Made by a program: the position numbers and the translations under genes. Shown piece after piece: positions 27,781-39,019 of a stretch of DNA of 64,000 nucleotides. Within the stretch, counting starts at the first letter, position 1. Every line of letters begins with the position of its first letter. The notes under the pieces were generated by a model. It saw nothing but the letters and a program-made list of their open reading frames with translations, had not been told where the DNA came from and ran no database searches. This DNA is from Escherichia coli (GTDB lineage: Bacteria; Pseudomonadota; Gammaproteobacteria; Enterobacterales; Enterobacteriaceae): assembly GCF_003991155.1 (NCBI RefSeq), contig NZ_CP031293.1; one strand, written 5' to 3'.

Positions 27781-28606
27781 TGACCACCTCCAGACGCTTG
27801 GCGAGCCAGCGTTGCGACAGGCGGGTGAGTTCTCCTTTGCGCTGCTCATATTCCATGCCCATATCAATTAACGTGATATTGGTGCTTTCGAGATATGAGA
27901 GGTGCTCAAGCTGTTCTGCGTTCATATGGTCGCGAGGTTCGCCAGAATAGCCATTTATCCGCGCCCACTGCTTAGCAGTTAGCCCACCAAGAACGATACG
28001 AGAAATCATATTGCTCTCGTTTGTGTAGTGGTGTTGCTGCGTCGTTTTACCCATCTCGGCACGGGCCATATTCAGCGCATCGCACATTGGCTTAAAGTTG
28101 TTTGCGGCACTGAGACGGGCTTTTAGCTGGCGACGATAGCGGGCGGCGATTTCAGGCACGCTACGCTGTAATTCTTCCTCGCACTGGATGAAATAACGGC
28201 GGATAGCGCGACCCTGATCATTGCGTTCGATCATTGCCAGTTCTTTCGCCATTCCGACACTTAACAGATAGTCTTTGCCGGGTCTGCCAGAGTGCTTTAT
28301 CTTGCTGTAAGCCGCGCCATTCGGGCTTTTCCCCAAATTTGGGGAAATTGTTTTATGGACTGAGTAATCGTGCCCAATGGTGAAGTCATATTCAGAGATG
28401 CGATCAGTGATCCATGTAGAGAAGTCTTTTCCCACGCCCAACGCTTTGTGTAACGCTTTTGCGCTAACAATATTGGTTTCACGCCCACCGATATGACCAG
28501 GAATAACCGGGACAATTGCGGCAAATTCATTACCGTTAATTGTGCTCAGAGAGGCGTTCAGATGAGGGGCGGCCTCAGAAATTAATCTGCTTTTTTCGAT
28601 GTTCAT
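27773..28606 (-). CDS. phage antirepressor (AntA/Rha-type N-terminal domain)
   Basis: 277 aa. NIVSAKALHKALGVGKDFSTWITDRISEYDFTIGHDY is the AntA/AntB-type DNA-binding region as I recall it. Confidence 0.7.
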   Translation of the reverse strand: MNIEKSRLISEAAPHLNASLSTINGNEFAAIVPVIPGHIGGRETNIVSAKALHKALGVGKDFSTWITDRISEYDFTIGHDYSVHKTISPNLGKSPNGAAYSKIKHSGRPGKDYLLSVGMAKELAMIERNDQGRAIRRYFIQCEEELQRSVPEIAARYRRQLKARLSAANNFKPMCDALNMARAEMGKTTQQHHYTNESNMISRIVLGGLTAKQWARINGYSGEPRDHMNAEQLEHLSYLESTNITLIDMGMEYEQRKGELTRLSQRWLAKRLEVVNV

Positions 28607-28618
28607 TTTCAGTCTCCG

Positions 28619-29050
28619 TTAGGCGGCGTTAAACGCGTCCGGGTAGAGTTTCAGAATGTCGGCAATTTCCTGCTGAGAAAGTCCGTTGTGATCATTTATG
28701 TTCGCAAGATGGTTAATATGAGTGATCACTTTCAGAACATCACCACGGCAGGAGAAACGGTAGCGAAGGTGTGTTCCGATACCATCAGGATTCTTTTCGT
28801 CGATACGCTCCAGAGTGATTCCAAGCTGGCGTTCTAACTCTGTTGCATAGTTACGACCAGAAGACAGACGGCAGTAGCGAAGAATGTCATTTTCTGTCCA
28901 TCCCTCTATACCAGTACGCAGCATATAGACTCTGGCACGATGCTTTTTCGGTGTGCGCTTTGGTGCTTGAAGGGATTTTGTAAGGGGCGTAACATCAGAT
29001 ACACGAATATCTGAATTAGCCGCCTGTAATGGGCGGTTTTTCTTTTCCAT
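28619..29050 (-). CDS. hypothetical 143-aa protein of the island early region
   Basis: ORF whose start overlaps the alpA stop by 1 nt. The N-terminus is basic. No family recognised. Confidence 0.5.
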   Translation of the reverse strand: MEKKNRPLQAANSDIRVSDVTPLTKSLQAPKRTPKKHRARVYMLRTGIEGWTENDILRYCRLSSGRNYATELERQLGITLERIDEKNPDGIGTHLRYRFSCRGDVLKVITHINHLANINDHNGLSQQEIADILKLYPDAFNAA

Positions 29051-29253
29051 CAGGCCACCTCGTCTCTAGATTCTAATATACACTTCTCAATCCATTCATC
29101 TATTTCAGACTCAACAAAAGCAATTGCCCGACTTCCAATTTTTACCTGTTTAGGGAACCTCCCCTGACTAATAAGACGATAAATCCATGCTTTGCTATAA
29201 CCAGTTCGCCTTTGAACTTCAGAGAGACGAATTAATGAATTGTAATTAGCCAT
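29050..29253 (-). CDS. alpA: AlpA-family transcriptional regulator / excisionase
   Basis: 67 aa. LIRLSEVQRRTGYSKAWIYRLISQGRFPKQVKIGSRAIAFVESEIDEWI is the AlpA/MerR-type HTH signature. Located next to a P4-type int. Confidence 0.8.
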   Translation of the reverse strand: MANYNSLIRLSEVQRRTGYSKAWIYRLISQGRFPKQVKIGSRAIAFVESEIDEWIEKCILESRDEVA

Positions 29254-29342
29254 TTATTAATATCCTGTACTAATGACGCAATAACCCCCTCCTGCAACGA
29301 ATGGCGAGAGTTTTATTTGCGTCAAATGTCGAATACGCCAAA

Positions 29343-29375
29343 GACCACAATATGAAAAACATATTGCGGTCTTTT
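29343..29375. terminator. hairpin terminator between int and alpA
   Basis: 12-bp stem GACCACAATATG/CATATTGCGGTC (1 mismatch) with T runs on both sides. Confidence 0.45.
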
Positions 29376-29680
29376 ATAAAAGATAGTCAGATTGTTTTGG
29401 TTTGTTTGCTCCACAAGGGTAGAGCTACCCTGCATTTCGGCAGGATCACGCTATTAGGCGTGACATCCAGTAGTTTTAAAGAACAATTGCGCTTTGTCAG
29501 CGCCAAAGCCTGTTAAAGAACATTCCGCTTTTCAGCAGCGTAGAAGGCTCAATACACCTTCGTTTATAAAAGAGCGATTGCCCTTCTCCAGGGCTAACTG
29601 TTAAATAGCAATCCTCTGTGAGTTTTTATCAATCTACTCCCCTATACTTTAGTAAACCTCTGTATACTTGTCCAGTTGTT

Positions 29681-30895
29681 TCATGCGTGTTTTTCAAACA
29701 CCATATGCACCACATTTCCGCCATGCTCGAGAGAATCCATATAGTCGGCATACCATTGAAGCATCTCCCGCCGTCCATCCAGATATTGCGCATGGTTGTA
29801 TGTGCCACGAATTGAGTTCTTATCAACGTGAGCGAGCTGCGTTTCTATCCACGCGGTGTTATAGCCCTGCTCATGCAAAATCGTGCTCATAGTGTGTCGG
29901 AACCCATGACCAGTTACACGTCCAGCGTAGCCAATGCGCTTAAACACTTGGTTTATGCTGGCCTCACTCATTGTTTTCCTTGGATCATTGCGCCCGGGAA
30001 ACATAAGAGGGTAATTGCCTGTTATTTCTCTAATCTTCCCAATAAGCGAAAGAGCCTGCTCAGACAATGGCACAATATGAGGCCGCCGCATTTTCATACG
30101 TGAAGCGGGTATCTCCCATATAGCCTTGTTGAAATCAATTTCATCCCATAATGCGCCACGTAGTTCGCCAGTTCGCAAGCCGGTGATAATCAGTAGACGA
30201 GCCGCCATAACAACCAATGCGCTTCCTGAGTAACTGGACAATGCCTTGAAAAAATCAGGTAATTCTTTGGTCGTAAGGAAAGGGTAATGATTAGATTCAT
30301 GGCCTTGCATCGCGCTAGTAAGGTCTGGTGCAGGGTTATACTCTGCGCGACCAGTGACTATTGCATAGCGGAAAACTTCCCCGCACCGCTGCCTCACTTT
30401 TTTGGCTTTTTCTGTCGCACCGCGCCCCTCGATGCGCCGCAGCACATTCAGAAGTTCAAGTGGTTTGATTTCGGCGATTGGTTTTTTGCCAATGTAAGGG
30501 AACACATCTTTGTTGAAGGCTTCGAGGATGTCTGAAGCATAACCAGCAGACCATTTTTTTAATTTGCTGCTGTGCCACTCAAGGGCAATATCTTTGAAGG
30601 TGTTGTTTAACTGCGTTTCCCGGGCAATCTTTTCCTCTCGTTTCGCTTCCATCGGATCGATACCACCAGCGATACCTCTTTTCGCATCTTCACGTTTTGC
30701 CCGAGCATCGGCTAGAGTAACCTCAGGATACACACCTAGTGCCAATAGCTTCTCTTTACCAGCTACACGATATTTAAGTCGCCAGTATTTACCTCCATTA
30801 GGTTTTACCAAGAGATACAAACCGCCACCATCGGCCAGCTTGTAAGCCTTCTCTTTTGGCTTGGCTGTGTCTATTTGACGGGCATTGAGTTTCAC
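29681..30895 (-). CDS. int: P4-type tyrosine integrase
   Basis: 404 aa, GTG start. N-terminal MKLNARQIDTAKPKEKAYKLADGGGLYLLVKPNGGKYWRLKYR (DUF4102-type arm-binding domain). C-terminal HGFRHT...AHV...YNHAQY catalytic boxes. Adjacent to the tRNA. Confidence 0.9.
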   Translation of the reverse strand: MKLNARQIDTAKPKEKAYKLADGGGLYLLVKPNGGKYWRLKYRVAGKEKLLALGVYPEVTLADARAKREDAKRGIAGGIDPMEAKREEKIARETQLNNTFKDIALEWHSSKLKKWSAGYASDILEAFNKDVFPYIGKKPIAEIKPLELLNVLRRIEGRGATEKAKKVRQRCGEVFRYAIVTGRAEYNPAPDLTSAMQGHESNHYPFLTTKELPDFFKALSSYSGSALVVMAARLLIITGLRTGELRGALWDEIDFNKAIWEIPASRMKMRRPHIVPLSEQALSLIGKIREITGNYPLMFPGRNDPRKTMSEASINQVFKRIGYAGRVTGHGFRHTMSTILHEQGYNTAWIETQLAHVDKNSIRGTYNHAQYLDGRREMLQWYADYMDSLEHGGNVVHMVFEKHA

Positions 30896-30927
30896 TTGGG
30901 GGTACCTCCACTAAACCGAACAGCAAA

Positions 30928-30947
30928 TACCCCCATAAGTACCCCCA
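30928..30947. repeat. tandem TACCCCCA arm-type repeats (attL arm)
   Basis: TACCCCCAtaagTACCCCCA. A third, inverted copy lies at 30897-30904 over the int RBS. Confidence 0.6.
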
Positions 30948-31058
30948 TCTGACCGTAGATTTTGAGGGACTTTAGTAGACGTCAAAAGACGAACGGGGCT
31001 TTAATACGCGGATTATAAGGGGTTTTGAAAGACTTTAGTAGACTTGGGGAGATGTTTG

Positions 31059-31077
31059 AATGGTGCCGATAATAGGA
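31059..31077. repeat. attL core within the thrW 3' end
   Basis: AATGGTGCCGATAATAGGA is repeated at 11479-11497. Confidence 0.75.
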
Positions 31078-31136
31078 GTCGAACCTACGACCTTCGCATT
31101 ACGAATGCGCTGCTCTACCAACTGAGCTATATCGGC
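31061..31136 (-). tRNA. thrW: tRNA-Thr (CGU)
   Basis: The reverse complement reads GCCGATATAGCTCAGTTGGTAGAGCAGCGCATTCGTAATGCGAAGGTCGTAGGTTCGACTCCTATTATCGGCACCA. Cloverleaf with CGT anticodon. Confidence 0.95.
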
Positions 31137-31250
31137 CCTGAAAGGACATATTCACGAACGTGAATCACGGTGGACAAGGTTAAAACTAACCGGGCGATGC
31201 GTCAATGGCCTTGTGAATCAAATGGCTACTTTTGCATCACCCGGTTTTAT

Positions 31251-32504
31251 TTACGCACGAATGGTGTAATCACCGATGCCGATCCACTTGTAAGTGGTCA
31301 GTGCTTCCAGGCCCATCGGGCCACGCGCGTGGAGTTTTTGTGTGCTTACCGCCACTTCCGCTCCCAGACCAAACTGGCCGCCGTCGGTAAAACGCGTAGA
31401 GGCGTTAACGTAAACAGCGGACGAATCCACTTCGTTAACAAAACGCTGGGCGTTGCGCATATCGCGGGTCAGGATCGCATCGGAGTGTTGCGTGCCGTGT
31501 TCACGAATATGGGCGATGGCATCGTCAAGATCGCTGACGATTTTGACGTTCAAATCTAATGACAGAAACTCATCGTCATACTCTTCGGCTTTAACCGCCA
31601 CCACCTTCGCGGGGCCTGTCTGCAACTGCGCCAGCGCAGCAGCATCTGCGTGTAACGTCACGCCGCTTTCCGCCATTTGCTTGCTTAATGCGGGCAGGAA
31701 GCTATCGGCGATGTTTTTATTTACCAGCAAGGTTTCTACCGTATTACATGTGCTCGGTCGCTGAGTTTTCGCGTTGACGATCACTTTTAATGCTTCAGCG
31801 ATCTCTGCGCTTTCATCAACGTAAATATGGCATACGCCTATACCACCAGTGATCACCGGGATTGTCGACTGTTCGCGGCACAGTTTATGCAAACCAGCCC
31901 CGCCGCGCGGGATCAGCATGTCGATGTATTTATCCATACGCAGCATTTCACTGACCAGCGCACGGTCAGGATTATCAATCGCCTGCACGGCACCCGCCGG
32001 TAAGCCACAGGATTTCAGGGCGTCCTGAATCACTGCCACCGTTGCCGCGTTAGTGCGACACGTTTCTTTGCCGCCGCGCAGGATCACTGCGTTACCTGTT
32101 TTCAGGCACAGCGAAGCGACATCAACCGTCACGTTCGGGCGCGCTTCATAAATCACGCCAATAACCCCCAGCGGTACGCGACGACGCTCCAGACGCAGGC
32201 CACTGTCCAGTACGCCGCCATCGATTACCCGCCCCACCGGATCGGCGAGATTGCACACCTGGCGCACATCGTCGGCAATGCCTTTCAGCCGTGCGGGCGT
32301 CAGTGCCAGACGGTCAAGCATCGCTTCGCTAAGGCCATTGGCACGCGCGTCAGCAACATCCTGGGCGTTAGCGTTGAGGATGATTTCGCTTTGTGCTTCC
32401 AGTTCATCGGCGATTTTTTCCAGCACGCGATTTTTTTCGCGGCTGGAGAGTTGCGCTAATTTATAAGAGGCTTGCTTCGCGGCAATGCCCATTTGTTCCA
32501 GCAT
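31251..32504 (-). CDS. proA: gamma-glutamyl phosphate reductase
   Basis: 417 aa. [21 protein letters not shown]... Position downstream of proB. Confidence 0.95.
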   Translation of the reverse strand: MLEQMGIAAKQASYKLAQLSSREKNRVLEKIADELEAQSEIILNANAQDVADARANGLSEAMLDRLALTPARLKGIADDVRQVCNLADPVGRVIDGGVLDSGLRLERRRVPLGVIGVIYEARPNVTVDVASLCLKTGNAVILRGGKETCRTNAATVAVIQDALKSCGLPAGAVQAIDNPDRALVSEMLRMDKYIDMLIPRGGAGLHKLCREQSTIPVITGGIGVCHIYVDESAEIAEALKVIVNAKTQRPSTCNTVETLLVNKNIADSFLPALSKQMAESGVTLHADAAALAQLQTGPAKVVAVKAEEYDDEFLSLDLNVKIVSDLDDAIAHIREHGTQHSDAILTRDMRNAQRFVNEVDSSAVYVNASTRFTDGGQFGLGAEVAVSTQKLHARGPMGLEALTTYKWIGIGDYTIRA

Positions 32505-32515
32505 CAGCCTGCTCC

Positions 32516-33619
32516 TTAACGGGTAATCATGTCATCACGGTGAACGGCAACCGGGCCGTATTCATATCCCAGTATTGCATCAATTTCTTGCGAGTGGTGT
32601 CCGGCAATACGGCGTAATGCATCGCTGTTGTAACGACTGACGCCGTGAGCGATATCGCGACCTTCGAGGTTGCAAATGCGGATGACTTCACCACGCGAGA
32701 AGTTGCCAGTCACGCTTTTAATGCCTTTCGGCAACAGGGAGCTGCCGCGTTCGAGAATGGCGGCGGTTGCCCCTTCATCTACCGTGATTTCACCCGCCGG
32801 CGGCGCACCGAAAATCCAGCGTTTGCGGTTTTCAAGCGGAGTCGCCTGGGCATGGAACAACGTACCGACGGAGATGCCTTCCATCACATCACCAATAACG
32901 CCCGGCTTGCTGCCCGCGGCAATAATGGTGTCGATACCCGCACGGCAAGCCACGTCTGCGGCCTGCAATTTGGTACTCATGCCGCCAGTTCCGAGGCCTG
33001 AAACGCTGTCACCGGCAATCGCGCGCAGTGCGTCATCAATGCCGTAAACATCTTTAATCAGTTCTGCCTGCGGATTGCTGCGCGGGTCAGCGGTATACAA
33101 ACCTTTTTGATCGGTCAGCAGCAACAGTTTATCGGCACCCGCCAGAATCGCCGCCAGCGCAGAAAGGTTATCGTTATCGCCGACCTTAATCTCTGCAGTC
33201 GCGACAGCATCGTTCTCATTGATTACCGGAACGATATTGTTATCGAGCAACGCACGCATGGTGTCGCGGGCGTTCAGGAAGCGTTCACGGTCTTCCATAT
33301 CAGCACGGGTCAGCAACATCTGCCCGACATGAATGCCGTAAATTGAAAACAGCTGTTCCCACAGTTGAATCAGTCGACTCTGCCCTACCGCCGCCAGCAG
33401 TTGTTTCGAGGCGATAGTCGCTGGCAGTTCCGGGTAACCCAGGTGCTCACGTCCGGCGGCGATCGCGCCCGACGTCACAATAACAATCCGATGCCCGGCG
33501 GCATGTAACTGCGCGCACTGGCGAACAAGTTCAACGATATGGGCACGGTTCAGGCGGCGCGATCCGCCTGTTAGCACACTGGTGCCGAGTTTTACCACCA
33601 GCGTCTGGCTGTCACTCAT
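32516..33619 (-). CDS. proB: glutamate 5-kinase
   Basis: The internal Met of the track ORF gives 367 aa, [19 protein letters not shown]... Confidence 0.95.
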   Translation of the reverse strand: MSDSQTLVVKLGTSVLTGGSRRLNRAHIVELVRQCAQLHAAGHRIVIVTSGAIAAGREHLGYPELPATIASKQLLAAVGQSRLIQLWEQLFSIYGIHVGQMLLTRADMEDRERFLNARDTMRALLDNNIVPVINENDAVATAEIKVGDNDNLSALAAILAGADKLLLLTDQKGLYTADPRSNPQAELIKDVYGIDDALRAIAGDSVSGLGTGGMSTKLQAADVACRAGIDTIIAAGSKPGVIGDVMEGISVGTLFHAQATPLENRKRWIFGAPPAGEITVDEGATAAILERGSSLLPKGIKSVTGNFSRGEVIRICNLEGRDIAHGVSRYNSDALRRIAGHHSQEIDAILGYEYGPVAVHRDDMITR

Positions 33620-33807
33620 GATTCTCTGCCATTCAATTTTAGGAAAAATGATATCAAACGAACGTTTTAGCAGGACTGTCGTCGGTTGCCAACCATCTGC
33701 AAGCAAAGCATGGCGTTTTGTTGCGCGGGATCAGCAAGCGTAGCGGCAGTTGTTTACGCTTTTATTACAGATTTAATAAATTACCACATTTTAAGAATAT
33801 CATTAAT

Positions 33808-33826
33808 CTGTAATATATCTTTAACA
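33808..33826 (+). promoter_or_regulatory. Pho box of the phoE promoter
   Basis: CTGTAATATATCTTTAACA fits the PhoB-box pattern (CTGTCATAWAWCTGTCAY), about 80 bp upstream of phoE. Confidence 0.55.
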
Positions 33827-33906
33827 ATCTCAGGTTAAAAACTTTCCTGTTTTCAACGGGGCTCTCCCGCTGAATATTCGCGCGTTAATTAAAATCAGGA
33901 ATGAAA

Positions 33907-34962
33907 ATGAAAAAGAGCACTCTGGCATTAGTGGTGATGGGCATTGTGGCATCTGCGTCCGTAAAGGCCGCAGAAATATATAACAAAGACGGTAATAAAC
34001 TGGATGTCTATGGCAAAGTTAAAGCCATGCATTATATGAGTGATAACGACAGTAAAGATGGCGACCAGAGTTATATCCGTTTTGGTTTTAAAGGCGAAAC
34101 ACAAATTAACGATCAACTGACGGGTTATGGTCGTTGGGAAGCAGAGTTTGCCGGTAATAAAGCGGAGAGTGATACTGCACAGCAAAAAACACGTCTCGCT
34201 TTTGCCGGGTTGAAATATAAAGATTTGGGTTCTTTCGATTATGGTCGTAACCTGGGCGCGCTGTATGACGTGGAAGCCTGGACCGATATGTTCCCGGAGT
34301 TTGGTGGCGACTCCTCCGCACAGACCGACAACTTTATGACCAAACGTGCCAGCGGTCTGGCGACGTATAGGAACACCGACTTCTTCGGCGTTATCGATGG
34401 TCTGAACTTAACCCTGCAATATCAAGGGAAAAACGAAAACCGCGACGTTAAAAAGCAAAACGGCGATGGCTTCGGCACGTCATTGACATATGACTTTGGT
34501 GGCAGCGATTTCGCCATCAGTGGAGCCTATACCAACTCTGATCGCACCAACGAGCAGAACCTGCAAAGCCGTGGTACAGGCAAGCGTGCAGAAGCATGGG
34601 CAACAGGTCTGAAATACGATGCCAATAATATTTATCTGGCAACTTTCTATTCTGAAACACGCAAAATGACGCCAATAACTGGCGGCTTTGCCAATAAGAC
34701 ACAGAACTTTGAAGCGGTCGCCCAATACCAGTTTGACTTTGGTCTGCGTCCGTCGCTGGGTTATGTCTTATCGAAAGGGAAAGATATTGAAGGAATCGGT
34801 GATGAAGATCTGGTCAATTATATCGATGTTGGTGCTACGTATTATTTCAACAAAAATATGTCGGCATTTGTTGATTATAAAATAAACCAACTGGATAGCG
34901 ATAATAAGCTGAACATCAATAATGATGATATTGTCGCGGTTGGCATGACCTATCAGTTTTAA
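33907..34962 (+). CDS. phoE: phosphate-starvation porin PhoE
   Basis: 351 aa. Signal peptide [35 protein letters not shown], and C-terminal ...VGMTYQF porin signature. Confidence 0.95.
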   Translation: MKKSTLALVVMGIVASASVKAAEIYNKDGNKLDVYGKVKAMHYMSDNDSKDGDQSYIRFGFKGETQINDQLTGYGRWEAEFAGNKAESDTAQQKTRLAFAGLKYKDLGSFDYGRNLGALYDVEAWTDMFPEFGGDSSAQTDNFMTKRASGLATYRNTDFFGVIDGLNLTLQYQGKNENRDVKKQNGDGFGTSLTYDFGGSDFAISGAYTNSDRTNEQNLQSRGTGKRAEAWATGLKYDANNIYLATFYSETRKMTPITGGFANKTQNFEAVAQYQFDFGLRPSLGYVLSKGKDIEGIGDEDLVNYIDVGATYYFNKNMSAFVDYKINQLDSDNKLNINNDDIVAVGMTYQF

Positions 34963-35000
34963 TGGATATTGCCGGATGTGATGCATCCGGCACATTTCAC

Positions 35001-35459
<459 letters not shown>

Positions 35460-36704
35460 TTAACACAATCGTTTTTCGATCCAGTCGGTGATTTCCTGAA
35501 GACCTTTGTCAAAATTCCGATACACCGGGTTAAATGGGATCTCTAACAATTTACCGTCAGCAGATGATGAGGTGATTAAGCGTGAGTCCTCTTCCGGGCT
35601 GAACGGATCGTTCTTCCAGTAGCCTGATAACATTGGCGTTGGGCAGCGACGTCCCAGCAATCCTTGCACTTTTAATGAATAGCGATTCAGCTCCACGCGC
35701 AACGCTTCGTCGGAAGCATCATGCATCCCCAAACGGCTCGCCAGAACGTCAAGATACATTTCCGGCACCTGTTGCTGGCACTTAAAATCACTCAACAGGG
35801 TATGAACTACCGGACCAAGACAGGCAACCGCTTTCAGACGCGGCGATTCAAGGTATGCCAGACGCACGGCAACGTTAGCGCCGAAACGGAAACCAAAGGC
35901 CGCGACGCGAGTGTGATCTACCCACGGTACGTTAGGCAGCGCCTTTAAGACGTGCTGATGCAACAGGCTGGAGTCCTGGGTGAGCTTCCATTTTGAAGAA
36001 AAGCCCACCGACGGCATATCAATAGTCAGCATCGCAATGCCGCGCGGCGCAAAATAACGTTCATACAGGCTGTAATAGTCCGTCTGCATCGCATCCAGAC
36101 CACCACACATTAATACTGTCGGGAACGGGCCATCACCTTTCGGCATATGCAAAAAGCCGGTGATGGGCGCACCGCCGGGTACGGTAAACTCCATCTGCCG
36201 CATCGTGCCCGGCAGACGCTGAGCGGCCTCTTCATAGGCGCGGTTTGACAAAGCCTGCGCTTGCTCGGCCAGGTCATCTCCTTTCAGATGAGGATAGGCA
36301 GCAATGTTGTACAACGTAGCCGCATGCAGCCAGTGTCGACCGCTGAGTTGCGGATCTTCTTCCGCACAGGCTTTTTGTTGCCACACCATCGCCTGGGTAG
36401 CCCACTCATAAATCCAGTTGCCGCCGCGGTAGCCAATCACCGTATCGTATAAATCATCGTCGGTACGTTCGGCATCGCTCATCACAATACGCGCCTGGAC
36501 GTCGAGGATTTCACGTGGGTCAATGCCGCGCCAGATCCACATCAGACGGTTAATCATGCGATACCAGTGAGGGATGGTTTTACCATCAAGGGCCGACTGC
36601 ACAGGCGGTTGTGCGCCGTGATTAAAGCGGCGGACTAGCGTCGAGGTTTCAGGATGTTTAAAGCGGGGTTTGAACAGGGTTTCGCTCAGGTTTGCCTGTG
36701 TCAT
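35460..36704 (-). CDS. frsA: fermentation-respiration switch esterase FrsA
   Basis: 414 aa, alpha/beta-hydrolase. Conserved position between crl and gpt. Confidence 0.9.
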
Positions 36705-36795
36705 GGATGCAGCCTCCAGAATACTTACTGGAAACTATTGTAACCCGCCTGAAGTTAAAAAGAACAACGCCCGGCAGTGCCAGGCGTTGAAAAGA

Positions 36796-37254
36796 TTAGC
36801 GACCGGAGATTGGCGGGACGAATACGACGCCCATATCCCACGGCTGTTCAATCCAGGTATCTTGCGGGATATCAACAACATAGTCATCAACCAGCGGACG
36901 ACCAGCCGGTTTTGCGAAGATGGTGACAAAGTGCGCTTTTGGATACATTTCACGAATCGCAACCGCAGTACCACCGGTATCCACCAGGTCATCAATAACG
37001 ATGAAGCCTTCGCCATCGCCTTCTGCGCGTTTCAGCACTTTAAGCTCGCGCTGGTTGTCGTGATCGTAGCTGGAAATACAAACGGTATCGACATGACGAA
37101 TACCCAGTTCACGCGCCAGTAACGCACCCGGTACCAGACCGCCACGGCTTACGGCAATAATGCCTTTCCATTGTTCAGAAGGCATCAGTCGGCTTGCGAG
37201 TTTACGTGCATGGATCTGCAACATGTCCCAGGTGACGATGTATTTTTCGCTCAT
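36796..37254 (-). CDS. gpt: xanthine-guanine phosphoribosyltransferase
   Basis: 152 aa, [23 protein letters not shown]..., PRPP motif [13 protein letters not shown]. Confidence 0.95.
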
Positions 37255-37514
37255 GTGAAGTGTCCCAGCCTGTTTATCTACGGCTTAAAAAGTGTTCGAG
37301 GGGAAAATAGGTTGCGCGAGATTATAGAGATCTGGCGCACTAAAAACCAGTATTTCACATGAGTCCGCGTCTTTTTACGCACTGCCTCTCCCTGACGCGG
37401 GATAAAGTGGTATTCTCAAACATATCTCGCAAGCCTGTCTTGTGTTGACAACATTTTCTGCTAACCCTGTGACCTGCAATACTGTTTTGCGGGTGATCGA
37501 CAAGGAGACTTAAC

Positions 37515-38972
37515 GTGTCTGAACTGTCTCAATTATCTCCACAGCCGCTGTGGGATATTTTTGCCAAAATCTGTTCTATTCCTCACCCGTCCTATCATGA
37601 AGAGCAACTCGCTGAATACATTGTTGGTTGGGCAAAAGAGAAAGGTTTCCATGTCGAACGCGATCAGGTAGGTAATATCCTGATTCGTAAACCTGCTACC
37701 GCAGGTATGGAAAATCGTAAACCGGTCGTCTTGCAGGCCCACCTCGATATGGTGCCGCAGAAAAATAACGACACCGTGCATGACTTCACTAAAGATCCTA
37801 TCCAGCCTTATATTGATGGCGAATGGGTTAAAGCGCGCGGCACCACGCTGGGTGCGGATAACGGCATTGGTATGGCCTCTGCACTGGCGGTTCTGGCTGA
37901 CGAAAACGTGGTTCACGGCCCGCTGGAAGTGCTGCTGACCATGACCGAAGAAGCCGGTATGGACGGTGCTTTTGGCTTACAGAGCAACTGGTTGCAGGCT
38001 GATATTCTGATTAACACCGACTCCGAAGAAGAAGGTGAAATCTACATGGGTTGTGCGGGGGGTATCGACTTCACCTCCAACCTGCATTTAGATCGTGAAG
38101 CGGTTCCAGCTGGTTTTGAAACCTTCAAGTTAACCTTAAAAGGTCTGAAAGGCGGTCACTCCGGCGGTGAAATCCACGTTGGCCTGGGTAATGCCAACAA
38201 ACTGCTGGTGCGCTTCCTGGCGGGTCATGCGGAAGAGCTGGACCTGCGCCTTATCGATTTCAACGGTGGCACACTGCGTAACGCCATCCCGCGTGAAGCC
38301 TTTGCGACGATTGCTGTCGCAGCTGATAAAGTCGACGCACTGAAATCTCTGGTGAATACCTATCAGGAGATCCTGAAAAACGAGCTGGCAGAGAAAGAGA
38401 AAAATCTGGCATTGCTGCTGGACTCTGTTGCGAACGATAAAGCTGCCCTGATTGCGAAATCTCGCGATACCTTTATTCGTCTGCTGAACGCCACCCCGAA
38501 CGGTGTGATCCGCAACTCCGACGTGGCAAAAGGCGTGGTCGAAACCTCCCTGAACGTCGGTGTGGTGACCATGACTGACAATAACGTAGAAATTCACTGC
38601 CTGATCCGTTCTCTGATCGACAGCGGTAAAGACTACGTGGTGAGCATGCTGGATTCTCTGGGTAAACTGGCTGGCGCGAAAACCGAAGCGAAAGGCGCAT
38701 ATCCTGGCTGGCAGCCGGACGCTAATTCTCCGGTGATGCATCTGGTACGTGAAACCTATCAGCGTCTGTTCAACAAGACGCCGAACATCCAGATTATCCA
38801 CGCGGGCCTGGAATGTGGTCTGTTCAAAAAACCGTATCCGGAAATGGACATGGTTTCTATCGGGCCAACCATTACCGGTCCACACTCTCCGGATGAGCAG
38901 GTTCATATCGAAAGCGTTGGTCATTACTGGACACTGCTGACTGAACTGCTGAAAGAAATTCCGGCGAAGTAA
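37515..38972 (+). CDS. pepD: aminoacyl-histidine dipeptidase PepD
   Basis: 485 aa, GTG start, M20 peptidase motifs (HLDMV, GADNGIG). Confidence 0.95.
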   Translation: MSELSQLSPQPLWDIFAKICSIPHPSYHEEQLAEYIVGWAKEKGFHVERDQVGNILIRKPATAGMENRKPVVLQAHLDMVPQKNNDTVHDFTKDPIQPYIDGEWVKARGTTLGADNGIGMASALAVLADENVVHGPLEVLLTMTEEAGMDGAFGLQSNWLQADILINTDSEEEGEIYMGCAGGIDFTSNLHLDREAVPAGFETFKLTLKGLKGGHSGGEIHVGLGNANKLLVRFLAGHAEELDLRLIDFNGGTLRNAIPREAFATIAVAADKVDALKSLVNTYQEILKNELAEKEKNLALLLDSVANDKAALIAKSRDTFIRLLNATPNGVIRNSDVAKGVVETSLNVGVVTMTDNNVEIHCLIRSLIDSGKDYVVSMLDSLGKLAGAKTEAKGAYPGWQPDANSPVMHLVRETYQRLFNKTPNIQIIHAGLECGLFKKPYPEMDMVSIGPTITGPHSPDEQVHIESVGHYWTLLTELLKEIPAK

Positions 38973-38982
38973 TAACGATAAC

Positions 38983-39010
38983 GTCCACGCCTGCGGGCGT
39001 GGACTTCTGT
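38983..39010 (+). terminator. pepD terminator
   Basis: GTCCACGCC-tgcg-GGCGTGGAC followed by ttctgttt. Confidence 0.6.
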
Positions 39011-39019
39011 TTGAAGCCA

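Larger units (their letters stand above)
11479..31077 (-). mobile_element. ~19.6 kb thrW-integrated satellite/PICI-like island
   Basis: Bounded by a 19-nt direct repeat of the thrW 3' end. Carries a P4-type int next to the tRNA, plus AlpA, an antirepressor, RNA immunity, primase-helicase and iteron origins. No virion structural genes apart from an ejection-protein-like cassette. Confidence 0.8.

Noticed and set aside
29301-29516. 71-aa plus-strand ORF in the int-alpA spacer (possible repressor)
   Set aside because: No RBS and no HTH pattern. It spans a 12-bp-stem terminator hairpin and several short hairpins. The spacer is more likely regulatory or structured RNA.
11479-31077. Calling the island a classical P4 satellite
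   Set aside because: The int, AlpA, RNA immunity and ori/crr-like layout are P4-like. However, I could not see sid/psu/delta-like genes or a P2-type cos sequence, and the primase is of the DUF927 type rather than obviously P4 alpha. I therefore keep the description as satellite/PICI-like, with the family unassigned.
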